The notes beneath the pieces are model-generated. The model worked only from the letters and a program-made list of their open reading frames with translations, was not told the origin of the DNA and searched no databases. Below, piece after piece: positions 16,985 to 26,504 of a stretch of DNA of 40,920 nt (its first letter is position 1; every line of letters starts with the position of its first letter). The stretch is taken from positions 1 to 40,920 of the IMG/VR virus record IMGVR_UViG_3300049208_000013. One strand, given 5' to 3'. Origin of the DNA: a virus (Duplodnaviria; Caudoviricetes). The position numbers and the translations under genes are program-made.

Positions 16985-17464
16985 ATGAAACTAATATCAA
17001 TGACCGATTTTGTAGGTCAAAATTTAAAAACAGGGTGTTTAATTACGCAATTACAAGTTCTTCATAAATACAAAGATTTCCTAAAGCAAATACTGGAATT
17101 ATGGATGTTTGTTCCTTGCAAGCTTGTTGATGGTGTTTGGGTTGTTTTGGAGTACAATCCTATGTTTAATGATTATGAAATGGTGAAAGAAATAGCTTTA
17201 AAAACAACAACAGAAAAAGGTTCCGAAACTCATAATCTTTATATTACATTAAAAGAATACCAAGAAGCAAAAGACAGGGTTTTGTTTGAAGGTTTCAAAT
17301 GGATAAACGGACAACATATTTCAAACGACGATATTGATATTTACTTTGATTCAGATGGCGTAAAAGCATACAACGGGTTTAAAAGAACTGATTTATGTTC
17401 AATTGAAAAACTTGTTGAATTTAAAATAGAACTAACGCCAACAGCACAAAAACAAATATTTTAA
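16985..17464 (+). CDS. Conserved hypothetical phage protein
   Basis: MKLISMTDFV...MFVPC...EYQEAKDRVLFEGF. Confidence 0.75.
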   Translation: MKLISMTDFVGQNLKTGCLITQLQVLHKYKDFLKQILELWMFVPCKLVDGVWVVLEYNPMFNDYEMVKEIALKTTTEKGSETHNLYITLKEYQEAKDRVLFEGFKWINGQHISNDDIDIYFDSDGVKAYNGFKRTDLCSIEKLVEFKIELTPTAQKQIF

Positions 17465-18103
17465 ATGATAGGAATATACAAAATAACTAGTCCTACAGGA
17501 AGAATATATATTGGTCAAAGCATAGATATTAATAAAAGGCTAAATAAATATAGATCTACAGGATGTCTAACGCAACCGAAACTACAAAGGTCTTTCGATA
17601 AATACGGAATTAAAAACCATATTTTTGAAGTGGTTGAAGAGTGTGTTTTAGATTTATTAAACATAAGAGAAAGATATTATCAAGACTTATATTCTGTTTT
17701 AACTTTAGGATTGAATTGTTTATTGACTAATTCAGGAAAAGTTAAAGGGGTCGTAAGCGAGCAAACAAAGAATAAAATAAGAAAAGCTAATATTGGGAAA
17801 AAAGCAAGTAATAATACAAGGCTTAAGATGAGTATCTCAAAAAAGGGAAAAGGATTTACGCGCCAACATAAAATAAACCTATCAATTTCTCAAAAAGGAA
17901 TCAAAAAGAAATTAGGGCATAAAGTTGGAAAAGGAAATTTAGGCAAGCCAGCAAAAAATAGAATATTGGTTTTAGAAACTTCATATGGTATTTTTTATGA
18001 ATCTGTGACAGAAGCTTCCTTGTTAACGGGTATATCCAAGCCAAAATTAATTTCATATCTAAAAAACAGGATCCAAAATAAAACTAATTTAATATATTGT
18101 TAA
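17465..18103 (+). CDS. GIY-YIG homing endonuclease with NUMOD3-like repeats
   Basis: GIYKITSPTGRIYIGQS, RE, GLN; basic repeats (TKNKIR, TRLKMS, HKINLS); C-terminal HTH-like YESVTEAS. Confidence 0.9.
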   Translation: MIGIYKITSPTGRIYIGQSIDINKRLNKYRSTGCLTQPKLQRSFDKYGIKNHIFEVVEECVLDLLNIRERYYQDLYSVLTLGLNCLLTNSGKVKGVVSEQTKNKIRKANIGKKASNNTRLKMSISKKGKGFTRQHKINLSISQKGIKKKLGHKVGKGNLGKPAKNRILVLETSYGIFYESVTEASLLTGISKPKLISYLKNRIQNKTNLIYC

Positions 18104-18105
18104 CC

Positions 18106-18300
18106 ATGAACGAAAAATTCTCAGAATGCCAAACGCCTTTTACTAAGTGTTGGTGTGAAGCGGTTCCAGGTAGAGCAAACAACCCGAAATGCCAGTCAAT
18201 AATACCGAGTGTGTCTATACAAAGCGATGTTTTAACGTTTGTTATTGTATCTGCGATAGTAGCGTATGTGTTTATAATATTTAAAAAAAGGAAAGTATGA
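18106..18300 (+). CDS. Small Cys-rich protein with C-terminal TM anchor
   Basis: ATG 18106; four Cys, then VLTFVIVSAIVAYVFIIF-KKRK. Confidence 0.65.
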   Translation: MNEKFSECQTPFTKCWCEAVPGRANNPKCQSIIPSVSIQSDVLTFVIVSAIVAYVFIIFKKRKV

Positions 18301-18473
18301 AAATAGAAGATGATTTACTAAGCAAAACAAGGTCTGTAATTTTATGCTTGAAAGCACATCCAAATTACGAACCTGATTCGGAGTTTTGGGATAGAGTAGA
18401 AGATTTAGAACAAATTGAACAGTATTTTAAAAATATGTTTATAGATGAAGATGATATTGTTTTTAATTACTAA
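18297..18473 (+). CDS. Hypothetical protein, 58 aa (not in ORF track)
   Basis: AHPNYEPDSEFWDRV; ATGA overlap. Confidence 0.6.
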   Translation: MKIEDDLLSKTRSVILCLKAHPNYEPDSEFWDRVEDLEQIEQYFKNMFIDEDDIVFNY

Positions 18474-18503
18474 ACCAAGATAGAAAAACTAAAAAAAGGA
18501 ATT

Positions 18504-18752
18504 ATGAAACTAAATATATCATTTACAGATGAAACGGAATCATTTGTTTTAGGATGCGAGTACGGAAGGATTTTAGAACGATTTGAAAAAGGAATTGAAA
18601 TAGTTGAAAATAATGGCTTTCCTATTCATATCAAAAATAAACAAACAATAATTAAATCATGTAATCACTTTGGATATATTCCTGTTTTTGGTGAAGAACA
18701 TTATAATACTTACATTGAGTTTAGAGCTATAAAAAACAACAATTTAAATTAA
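18504..18752 (+). CDS. Hypothetical protein
   Basis: ESFVLGCEYGRI pattern. Confidence 0.7.
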   Translation: MKLNISFTDETESFVLGCEYGRILERFEKGIEIVENNGFPIHIKNKQTIIKSCNHFGYIPVFGEEHYNTYIEFRAIKNNNLN

Positions 18753-18785
18753 TCACGCAATAACTAACCCTTAAATAAAAATGAA

Positions 18786-19058
18786 ATGGAAGAACAGCAT
18801 AAAGGATTTTTAAAATACAAAATTGTTAGAATAATTATAGGGATACCTAATTTACCAGTCATTCTATTAATAGCTATTTACGGAATGATTATGATGATTA
18901 AAAACACAGGTTTAATAGAAATGCAATTAAAAAAAGATAGAGATGGTTTTTTATTAACCGATGAAATAAAAAATTACCTGACCCAAATATATCCGTTACA
19001 TTTAAGAATATTCATAGCAGTTTGCGTATACAGATATATTATATTAAGAACAATATAA
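18786..19058 (+). CDS. Hypothetical membrane protein
   Basis: Two hydrophobic segments. Confidence 0.6.
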   Translation: MEEQHKGFLKYKIVRIIIGIPNLPVILLIAIYGMIMMIKNTGLIEMQLKKDRDGFLLTDEIKNYLTQIYPLHLRIFIAVCVYRYIILRTI

Positions 19059-19131
19059 CCATGTCAACCTCAACAAAATCACTAATAACATCGGCATCAA
19101 TAGCAATATTAATTTTAATATATTTTGGATT

Positions 19132-19305
19132 ATGAAAGAACAAATTTTACAGGAACTCAAAGAATTAAATATTACTGAAAATTCTTTGAGTGATACTGAA
19201 TTAGACCACAGAAGGGCGGACGCATTATTATGCATGTTGTTAATTCATTTAGGGCATAAAGATGTTGTAGAAGAATTTGAAAAGCTAAACAAATGGTATG
19301 CATAA
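19132..19305 (+). CDS. Small phage protein ending KWYA, 57 aa (not in ORF track)
   Basis: DTELDHRRADALLCMLLIHLGHKDVVEEFEKLNKWYA. Confidence 0.75.
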   Translation: MKEQILQELKELNITENSLSDTELDHRRADALLCMLLIHLGHKDVVEEFEKLNKWYA

Positions 19306-19318
19306 AACATTATTCACG

Positions 19319-19349
19319 AACCATCCAATTAACTTTGTGATGGTTTTTT
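19319..19349 (+). terminator. Intrinsic terminator ending the early/middle region
   Basis: AACCATC...GATGGTT plus T run. Confidence 0.65.
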
Positions 19350-19370
19350 GCTTTTTTGGTTGGAATTGTG

Positions 19371-19378
19371 TAATTTTG
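19371..19378 (+). promoter_or_regulatory. Promoter -7 element for the terminase genes
   Basis: TAATTTTG 16 nt upstream of the terS ATG. Confidence 0.55.
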
Positions 19379-19394
19379 GGTAAAATAAAAAACC

Positions 19395-19910
19395 ATGTCA
19401 GCACCATTAGGAAATCAAAACGCAGTAGGAAATAACGGGGGCTGTCCTCCTTATTATGATGCTAATAACCCTGAAGATATTGATAAAGTAAAATCACTTT
19501 GCTTAGAATATTTTGACTACATACAAGGCGAATACAAAGAAGATGAATTTGAAGTTGAGCCTGAAAAATACGAAGTAAGAAAAGAAACTATCAGAAATGC
19601 AGAGCCGCCAACTGTAACAGGATTAACTTTATACCTTGGTTTTGAATCTAAAACAACTCTTTATGAGTATGCTAAGAAAATTGAGTTTGCGAACCCAATA
19701 AAAAGAGCATTGCTTAAGATTGAGCAATATCACGAAATAGCAACCTCAATGGGGGATAAATGCACGGGTAACATATTCATCCTTAAGAACTTTGGATGGA
19801 AAGACACAAGTGCAATTGAACATTCAGGAGAAGTTAAAGGAGGTTCGGTTTTGCCGATGAATCCAGAACAAGCTAAAAAATTCTTAGAAGCTTTTGATAA
19901 TAAATTATAA
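19395..19910 (+). CDS. terS: Terminase small subunit (P22 gp3-like)
   Basis: MSAPLGNQNA.G...G.P, TVTGLTLYLG, IFILKNFGWKD...EHSG; directly upstream of TerL. Confidence 0.88.
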   Translation: MSAPLGNQNAVGNNGGCPPYYDANNPEDIDKVKSLCLEYFDYIQGEYKEDEFEVEPEKYEVRKETIRNAEPPTVTGLTLYLGFESKTTLYEYAKKIEFANPIKRALLKIEQYHEIATSMGDKCTGNIFILKNFGWKDTSAIEHSGEVKGGSVLPMNPEQAKKFLEAFDNKL

Positions 19911-21403
19911 TGACAGAACAAGATATTATAAGGGCTAAGTTAATATCTGATACATTGATAATGACTAAATACTTTTTTAAAGTCAGGTTCAAACGTAAAT
20001 TCGTAGAAAATGCACACCACAGGATTATATGTAACGCTTTAAACGATGTTTTAGAGGGTAAAATAAAAAAGCTTGCTATCGCTATTGCTCCACGTTATGG
20101 AAAGACAGAATTGGCCGTTAAAACATTTATAGCTTCAGGACTTGCAATAAATCCATCGTCTAAATTTATCCACCTTTCTTATTCTCAATCATTGGCCTTA
20201 GACAACTCCGAAGAATGCCGTGATTTTATCCAGGAGCAAGAATATAAAGATTTATTTCCATACGTAAAAATGGACAAAAGCAGTACAGCAAAAAATAAAT
20301 GGTATACATCTGAAGGCGGTGGAGTTTACGCAACTGCAACTGGTGGACAGATAACCGGATTTGGAGCAGGAGAAGTTGATGAAGAGTATGACGACGAAGC
20401 GGAAGAAATAGATAGTTTTTTATCTGGGGATCATTCTCATATATTGCCAATGGATATGGAGCGTTACAGATTCGCAGGCGCAATTATAATTGATGATGCT
20501 TTAAAACCGGATGATGCGGAAAGCGAAACAAAAAGAGAGAAAGTAAACCAAAGGTTTGAAACAACTATTCGAAGCCGTACGAACAGCCGTAACACGCCCA
20601 TTATTGTAATCGGTCAAAGACTACATGAAAGCGATTTAATTGGCTATTTAATGACAAATGAACCTGATGAATGGACTTTAATAGAATTGCCTTGTATTCA
20701 AACAAATGAACATGGGGAAGAAACCGCGCTTTGGGAATTTAAACAGACATTAGACGAATTAAAAAAGATTCGTGAAGCTGACGAAAATGTATTTGAGACA
20801 CAGTATCAGCAAAATCCAAAATCTCCTAAAGGTAAATTATTGCCGTTAGAATCGTTGCGATTTGAAAACTTAGACAATATTCCAGAAGAAGATATTGTGT
20901 TTAAATTTGCGTGTGGGGATCCGGCAGATAAAGGAGGCGATCACTACTCTTTCCCTATGATGCATGTTTGCATTACTGATGGTCAATTAGGATGCTTTGT
21001 AAAAGATGTAATTCATTCTAAGGAAGGTATTGAGGTGATTACTGAACGATACATTATGAAATCTCGCTTACTTCATATTGAACAATCGTTTTTGGAGGCT
21101 AATGGGGTTGGTTTAGCAGCGTATTTGCTCTTAAAGAAAGATGTGTCAAACCATTCAGAAGTAAAGCCATTTACATCTACAATTCCAAAAGAAGTTCGGA
21201 TTTTATCTAATTACGAGTTTGTAAAGAAGTATTTTGTATTTGACGAAAACTATAAATCAAACCCAGAATATAAATTATTCATTGATCATGTAATCAAGTA
21301 TGAGCGTGAAGGAGAAAACAAAAATAAAAAGGATGCAATTGATGGTTTATGTTCGGCAGCATCTATATTAAAAATAAAGTACAAACAATTCTTATATGCA
21401 TAA
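19910..21403 (+). CDS. terL: Terminase large subunit
   Basis: Walker A APRYGKTE, Walker B IIIDD, QRLHE.D, QYQQNP, nuclease DPA..GGD. Confidence 0.96.
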   Translation: MTEQDIIRAKLISDTLIMTKYFFKVRFKRKFVENAHHRIICNALNDVLEGKIKKLAIAIAPRYGKTELAVKTFIASGLAINPSSKFIHLSYSQSLALDNSEECRDFIQEQEYKDLFPYVKMDKSSTAKNKWYTSEGGGVYATATGGQITGFGAGEVDEEYDDEAEEIDSFLSGDHSHILPMDMERYRFAGAIIIDDALKPDDAESETKREKVNQRFETTIRSRTNSRNTPIIVIGQRLHESDLIGYLMTNEPDEWTLIELPCIQTNEHGEETALWEFKQTLDELKKIREADENVFETQYQQNPKSPKGKLLPLESLRFENLDNIPEEDIVFKFACGDPADKGGDHYSFPMMHVCITDGQLGCFVKDVIHSKEGIEVITERYIMKSRLLHIEQSFLEANGVGLAAYLLLKKDVSNHSEVKPFTSTIPKEVRILSNYEFVKKYFVFDENYKSNPEYKLFIDHVIKYEREGENKNKKDAIDGLCSAASILKIKYKQFLYA

Positions 21404-21439
21404 AAATAAAAGTATGCACGATATATAAAATAAAATTAG

Positions 21440-21542
21440 TAAGTTTGTATCAGTAATGTTGTGATAACATAGCGAATATGACAAAATCAGGGTTAATAAA
21501 TAACAAAAGGATTGTTCGATTAGTTTCGGATAGTCCTTTTTT
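21440..21542 (+). promoter_or_regulatory. Promoter plus short leader ending in a terminator hairpin upstream of portal
   Basis: TAAGTTTG 21440-21447; hairpin ATGTT-GTGAT-AACAT; stem 21505-21519/21526-21540 plus Ts. Confidence 0.65.
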
Positions 21543-21555
21543 ACTTTAGAATTAA

Positions 21556-22824
21556 ATGGCTTGGAATCCTTTCAACAGAAATAAATCGACCAAAACTAAA
21601 GTAACCGGTTTTGCAGAACAGGACAATGACGGTCAATGGTTTCAGTATTTTAAGCAATATGTAAACTCACTAAATAACGAAGATTTAGTAAAGTTTTGCA
21701 ATGAAAACGCTTATGAATTAGCGTGTAATGTAGCTGAAATATTTATACCTATTGACGCTATTGCAGATCGTGTTGCTAGTGTTCCTTATGTTCTTAGATA
21801 TAAAAAAACTCAAGAGCCTTACGAAGCAAAAGGAAACTTACTTCGTTTGATTGAACAGCCAAATCCTTTCGACAGATTAAGCGATTTGGTTTATAAAAGT
21901 GTGTTTTCTGAGCTGAGCGACGGCAATAGTTATATTTATACAAAAACACCTGAATCATTGGTTAATCCAACGATTGACAATATTTCAAATATTTGGGTAT
22001 TAAAACCAAATTTAACTAAACCATGTTTTTATAAATCGGTTCCAAATCCTTTTTTGATTAAGTCAAAAGATGAATTGATTGAATACTATAAAACGTTCTT
22101 CATGTATAAGCATGATATTAAGCCACGATACGTACTTCACCGTACATCTTTAGGGATTAATGGAGATGGGAGAAGTTTAAGCCCTTTAAAGGCTGTTGAA
22201 ATGAATATTAATAATATTTTGGCAGTTTACCAGGCAAGATATAATGTGTACGCTAAGAATGGCAATGGTGGTATTTTAAGTAAGGCACCAAGTTCATCAA
22301 ATTCAAGTATTCAAGAAGCAGTTGATCCGGTTACTCGTGATCAGATATTAACTGATTTGCAAAAAAGAAACGGAATTACAGGAGACAAAAACTTCATTGG
22401 TATTTCAGCTATTCCGTTGCAGTTTATTAAAACACTTGGAACTATTCAAGAGTTACAACCGTTTGAAGAAACGGAAGAAAACGCAATTAAGATTGCAGGA
22501 ATTTATGGAGTAGATCCAGAGATAATTCCAAGAAAAGGAAGTTCTACATTCACAAATAAGAATGATGCCGAAAAAGGATTGTGGCAGAACGTAGTTAAGT
22601 CGATGTGCGAAGATAAAGCAAAGGATTTGAATAAGGTTTTTTACTTACCTGAAGAAATAGAGTTTTATCCAGATTTTTCACAAGTTGAAGCGTTGCAGGA
22701 AGATAAAAAAACAGGACTTGAAAGTGATGGGATTTTGTTGGATAACCTTCAAAAAATGACAGAGGCAGGGCAAGATGTAAAACAAGCTTATAGTAATTTA
22801 ACCGATAAATACAATGGGAACTAA
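21556..22824 (+). CDS. Portal protein
   Basis: Position after TerL; PNP, GNSYI, SPL, NG...GIL and IAGIYGV motifs of HK97-like portals. Confidence 0.92.
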   Translation: MAWNPFNRNKSTKTKVTGFAEQDNDGQWFQYFKQYVNSLNNEDLVKFCNENAYELACNVAEIFIPIDAIADRVASVPYVLRYKKTQEPYEAKGNLLRLIEQPNPFDRLSDLVYKSVFSELSDGNSYIYTKTPESLVNPTIDNISNIWVLKPNLTKPCFYKSVPNPFLIKSKDELIEYYKTFFMYKHDIKPRYVLHRTSLGINGDGRSLSPLKAVEMNINNILAVYQARYNVYAKNGNGGILSKAPSSSNSSIQEAVDPVTRDQILTDLQKRNGITGDKNFIGISAIPLQFIKTLGTIQELQPFEETEENAIKIAGIYGVDPEIIPRKGSSTFTNKNDAEKGLWQNVVKSMCEDKAKDLNKVFYLPEEIEFYPDFSQVEALQEDKKTGLESDGILLDNLQKMTEAGQDVKQAYSNLTDKYNGN

Positions 22825-22927
22825 ATTAACTAACAAAGAAATTCAAGACAGATTAAAAAAGGAAGCAGAAGAAAAGCTTGCTAAAAAATCTAAACAATTA
22901 CAAGACCAAAAAGAGATTAAAAAATGA
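22814..22927 (+). CDS. Small Lys-rich protein, 37 aa (not in ORF track)
   Basis: Fills the portal-protease gap; ATGA overlap. Confidence 0.55.
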   Translation: MGTKLTNKEIQDRLKKEAEEKLAKKSKQLQDQKEIKK

Positions 22928-23763
22928 TAAAATCAATTTACTTTCCTGATAAAACATATTCTACAAAAGAGGAGTTGTTTAAAGACCTTCGTGAAAACGC
23001 AGAAGATATTATGTCTCTTAAAAAAGCACAAATTCAAAAGTCTTGTGAAAAAGGTTTGTCTGTGACTTGTAAGTCTTTAGACTTATTAAAGTTTACAGAT
23101 CAGTTGAAAGGGATTAAAATTGATGATAATTATTACTATATAGCAGTTAACACAACCCGTATTTTAGATTCACACGATGATTTGCATATTGATGGTATTT
23201 GGAATAAATCAATTAAAGAACAACAATATAAAAATTACTTAATTGCTGATCACGATTTAGAACTAAGCAAAGTGATCGTAAAGAAAGAATATGTTGAAAT
23301 GTTTGTTGCTAAAATACCTTTTGCGTTATTAGGAAAGGATTATGAAGGAGAAACGCAGGCGTTAATTTACAAAGTTCCAAAAGATAAAATAATAAATCAA
23401 GTAGCTAAAGAATGGCTTGAAAGCGGAGATGATATTGAGGCTAGTGTAAGGATGCAATATGTTTCTTTATTTTTTGCGTTAGACAGTTTAAATCCAGAAG
23501 ATGCAGCGTCTAAAAAGAATTATGACGATTATATTGACACTATAGCAAACAAAAAAGACTTTGAATATATCCCTTATTTCTTCGGAATAAAAGAAGCAAA
23601 AAACGTAAAAGAATCTAGTTTAGTCGTATTTGGAAGTAATTCAAGTACAGGAGTTATACAAAACAATAAACAAGCCGAGAAATCACTTGAAGATAATAAG
23701 GAAGAGCCGACTATTGAAGTCACTCCGGTAGTAGAAAAGAAAAATAAATTAACATTCATTTAA
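22924..23763 (+). CDS. Putative prohead maturation protease
   Basis: Between portal and capsid; DSHDD, DH, ASV and ESSLVVFGSN motifs resembling HK97-type proteases. Confidence 0.75.
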   Translation: MIKSIYFPDKTYSTKEELFKDLRENAEDIMSLKKAQIQKSCEKGLSVTCKSLDLLKFTDQLKGIKIDDNYYYIAVNTTRILDSHDDLHIDGIWNKSIKEQQYKNYLIADHDLELSKVIVKKEYVEMFVAKIPFALLGKDYEGETQALIYKVPKDKIINQVAKEWLESGDDIEASVRMQYVSLFFALDSLNPEDAASKKNYDDYIDTIANKKDFEYIPYFFGIKEAKNVKESSLVVFGSNSSTGVIQNNKQAEKSLEDNKEEPTIEVTPVVEKKNKLTFI

Positions 23764-23773
23764 TTAAACACAC

Positions 23774-25060
23774 ATGAAAGGTAAAAACTTATCATTATTG
23801 GAGGCTTTAAAAAATTCTGGAGCTTCAATTGAACCGGATCAAGAAAAGTTTTTAAATGCTTTAGATGAAGCTTTAAAAGCTCGTCAGGCAGACACTGACG
23901 AAAGTTATTCTGATTCTCTTAAAGCAGCACTTGCTGAAACTTTAGGAGCTATAGAGAAAGACGACAAAGGAAATGTTGTTCCATTGGCTACGCAAATGAA
24001 AAATATTGCAGAAGCTATTGAGAAAATGGAAAAACACAATACTGAGTTGATTGGAGAAAAAGAAAAATTCCAATTAAAAAAGTATGTAAGAGAAAATCAC
24101 AAAGCAATTGTTGATGCTGTTAAAAACGGCAAAGATTTGCCAGGGTTCGAATTCCACGCAATCAAAGCTGCTGCAATGTTTACTACAACATCTGCAATGA
24201 CAAATGGCACAGGCGTTGGATTGCCATTAGTTGAAAACTATTTAGTTGAAAACGATATTGCGTTAATCAGACACCCAGAAAACTTCATCTTAGATGTAAT
24301 TCCAAACAATCAAGTTGCTAAAGTGCCAAGCGAAGTTGTAAGAACTGAGCAAGCTACTGAAGAGGGAGCTGTTGCAGTTGTTGCTGAGGGAGGAACTAAA
24401 CCATTAACTTCTGATACTTTTATCCGTAACCGTACATTACGTAAAAAATATGCGGGACGTATTGAATGGACAGAAGAGTTTGAAATGGATAACGAAATGT
24501 TATTCGCAGAGGTTGTTCGTTTATTCGAAGATAAAGTAATCAGAGCTTGGCAAGATGGTATTATTACCACTATCCAAACTAATGCGGTCGCTTATACTTC
24601 ATCTGTTTTAGACGGTACTTTTGTTAAGCCAGATAATGGATTAGCAGTAATCGCAGGACAATCTGTAATTCAAGGTATGTATTTCACTCCAAATGTTGTT
24701 ATTATGAACCCAAGCGATATTTTCGCTGCTATGTTCACGCAAGACACAGAGGGAAGAACAGAATTAAAACCTTACATCGTTAATACTAACGGTTCTTATA
24801 CAATTAACGGAATGCGAGTTTTTGCATCTTATAAAATTGCACAAGGAACCGCTTTGATTGGGGATTCTTCTGTTTACAGAGAATGGCACGGAGCTTTTAT
24901 TTTCAGAGTTGGTACTTATGGTACTCAATTTATTGAGAATGAAAAAACAGCAATTGGAGAGGTATTCTCTTTATTGAGAATTGCAAACAACGAAAAACCT
25001 GCGTGGATGGTTTTAGATTTAGAAGCAGTAAAAGCAGATTTAGAAATTGTAACACCTTAA
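23774..25060 (+). CDS. Major capsid protein (HK97 fold, N-terminal delta-like domain)
   Basis: Coiled-coil N-terminus; VAEGGTKP, IMNPSD, INGMRV and LIGD motifs. Confidence 0.92.
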   Translation: MKGKNLSLLEALKNSGASIEPDQEKFLNALDEALKARQADTDESYSDSLKAALAETLGAIEKDDKGNVVPLATQMKNIAEAIEKMEKHNTELIGEKEKFQLKKYVRENHKAIVDAVKNGKDLPGFEFHAIKAAAMFTTTSAMTNGTGVGLPLVENYLVENDIALIRHPENFILDVIPNNQVAKVPSEVVRTEQATEEGAVAVVAEGGTKPLTSDTFIRNRTLRKKYAGRIEWTEEFEMDNEMLFAEVVRLFEDKVIRAWQDGIITTIQTNAVAYTSSVLDGTFVKPDNGLAVIAGQSVIQGMYFTPNVVIMNPSDIFAAMFTQDTEGRTELKPYIVNTNGSYTINGMRVFASYKIAQGTALIGDSSVYREWHGAFIFRVGTYGTQFIENEKTAIGEVFSLLRIANNEKPAWMVLDLEAVKADLEIVTP

Positions 25061-25072
25061 AAATAAATAATT

Positions 25073-25309
25073 ATGCCACAGTTTGATATTAAACAAGATG
25101 AATCGAAAGAGATTGCAAAAGCAACTTTTGAGAAAAAAGACGATTACAAAGTAGTAACACTAAAAAGTGATCCACAAAAAAAAGAAAGACTTTTGCATAT
25201 TATTCAAGCAGACCGTTTGATTAAAAACGGAAAAGCAGAGTTAGTTAAAGGTAAAAAACTTGAGACTAGAGAAGTTGAAACTGTTGTTACTGAAATTAAA
25301 AAAGAATAG
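25073..25309 (+). CDS. Small head-associated hypothetical protein
   Basis: ADRLIKNGKAE pattern; immediately after the capsid gene. Confidence 0.65.
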   Translation: MPQFDIKQDESKEIAKATFEKKDDYKVVTLKSDPQKKERLLHIIQADRLIKNGKAELVKGKKLETREVETVVTEIKKE

Positions 25310-25312
25310 TAA

Positions 25313-25960
25313 ATGATAATTACTACAGCATATTTTCTTAATAAAAATGTATTCATTCCCAATGCGGTGGTTCAGCCATCGATTGGGAGTAATACACCTA
25401 ATTCATTAAATCAGCTACAAGCCGAAATTGATGAACGAGAAGATGAGCTGTTATTGTCATTTCTTGGACAGGCTCAGAAAACAGAATTATACGCTCAGTT
25501 TGAAACGAATGGATCTTGGAAAGTTGACGCTTTGCAAAAATGGAAAGACTTAGTTGATGGTGTTGATTTTAACAATAAGCATTGGAATGGACTTCGATAT
25601 ACTGTAGGAATTAAAAAAATTAGCCTTATAGCTTATTACGTTTATTTCTGGTATTTAAAAGAAGATTTTTCCACATATTCGACTACGGGGATCCAAGTTT
25701 CGGAAGCTAAAAACTCTATATCGCAGTTGCCAAATGAAAAACAGACTTCGGCATGGAATAAGTTTGTAAATATGTACGATGGCGGGAATATTCAACAACG
25801 AGGTTATGCTTTTTCAAGAAATTGGAACGGAACTATGTTAAGATGGAACAACGGAGAAAATAATCAAGTAAGTCTTTATGATTTTATGAGTGCTAAATCT
25901 GATGTTTACGATTTAAGTTTCTTTAATCATTACAACTTAATCAATTCAATGAATTTATAA
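25313..25960 (+). CDS. Putative head-tail connector/adaptor
   Basis: Position; helical protein with SLIAYYVYFWY. Confidence 0.55.
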   Translation: MIITTAYFLNKNVFIPNAVVQPSIGSNTPNSLNQLQAEIDEREDELLLSFLGQAQKTELYAQFETNGSWKVDALQKWKDLVDGVDFNNKHWNGLRYTVGIKKISLIAYYVYFWYLKEDFSTYSTTGIQVSEAKNSISQLPNEKQTSAWNKFVNMYDGGNIQQRGYAFSRNWNGTMLRWNNGENNQVSLYDFMSAKSDVYDLSFFNHYNLINSMNL

Positions 25961-26502
25961 TGGTAGTAGTAGAGGAAAGAAACAACTTAGTTTTTAATCA
26001 GTTGCCTGCATTAGAGGCAAATTTACCGACTGATCCAAATTACAATCCGGATTTACCTGAAAGCGTTGGATTTAAACCTGTTTATAAATGGGGGGATGAA
26101 AAACATTTAATTAAACTTATAAAAGAGTTTGACAAAGAAAGTAAATCAATTTATCCGTTAATTTATCAAACATCGAACAAATCTGATCAGGATACTATAA
26201 ATAAATCTTGTGATACGACGCTAATTTTTATAATTGCATGCCGCAATTTACAAACCGATTTACTTAATGAAAACAGATGGGCAATGTCGTATAAAAAAAT
26301 ACTTTACCCAGTTGTTGAAAATATAGTAAAATGCTTTCAGAGTTCAGGTATTTACATTTGGAATGAACTATATAGTATTGAAGAGTTCCCTAATTACGGA
26401 GAAAACGAACAGAACAAAACAACTGATGTTTGGGATGCTTTACTATTTACAACCACAATTACTATTCAAGGAGATAGATGTATTAACACAATAAGATTTT
26501 AA
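25960..26502 (+). CDS. Putative tail completion/terminator protein
   Basis: Position before the tail tube gene; YPLI motif. Confidence 0.5.
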   Translation: MVVVEERNNLVFNQLPALEANLPTDPNYNPDLPESVGFKPVYKWGDEKHLIKLIKEFDKESKSIYPLIYQTSNKSDQDTINKSCDTTLIFIIACRNLQTDLLNENRWAMSYKKILYPVVENIVKCFQSSGIYIWNELYSIEEFPNYGENEQNKTTDVWDALLFTTTITIQGDRCINTIRF

Positions 26503-26504
26503 CA

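Noticed and set aside
19910-21403. Intein or intron in TerL
   Set aside because: The ORF is of normal length and the insertion is short, with no splicing motifs.
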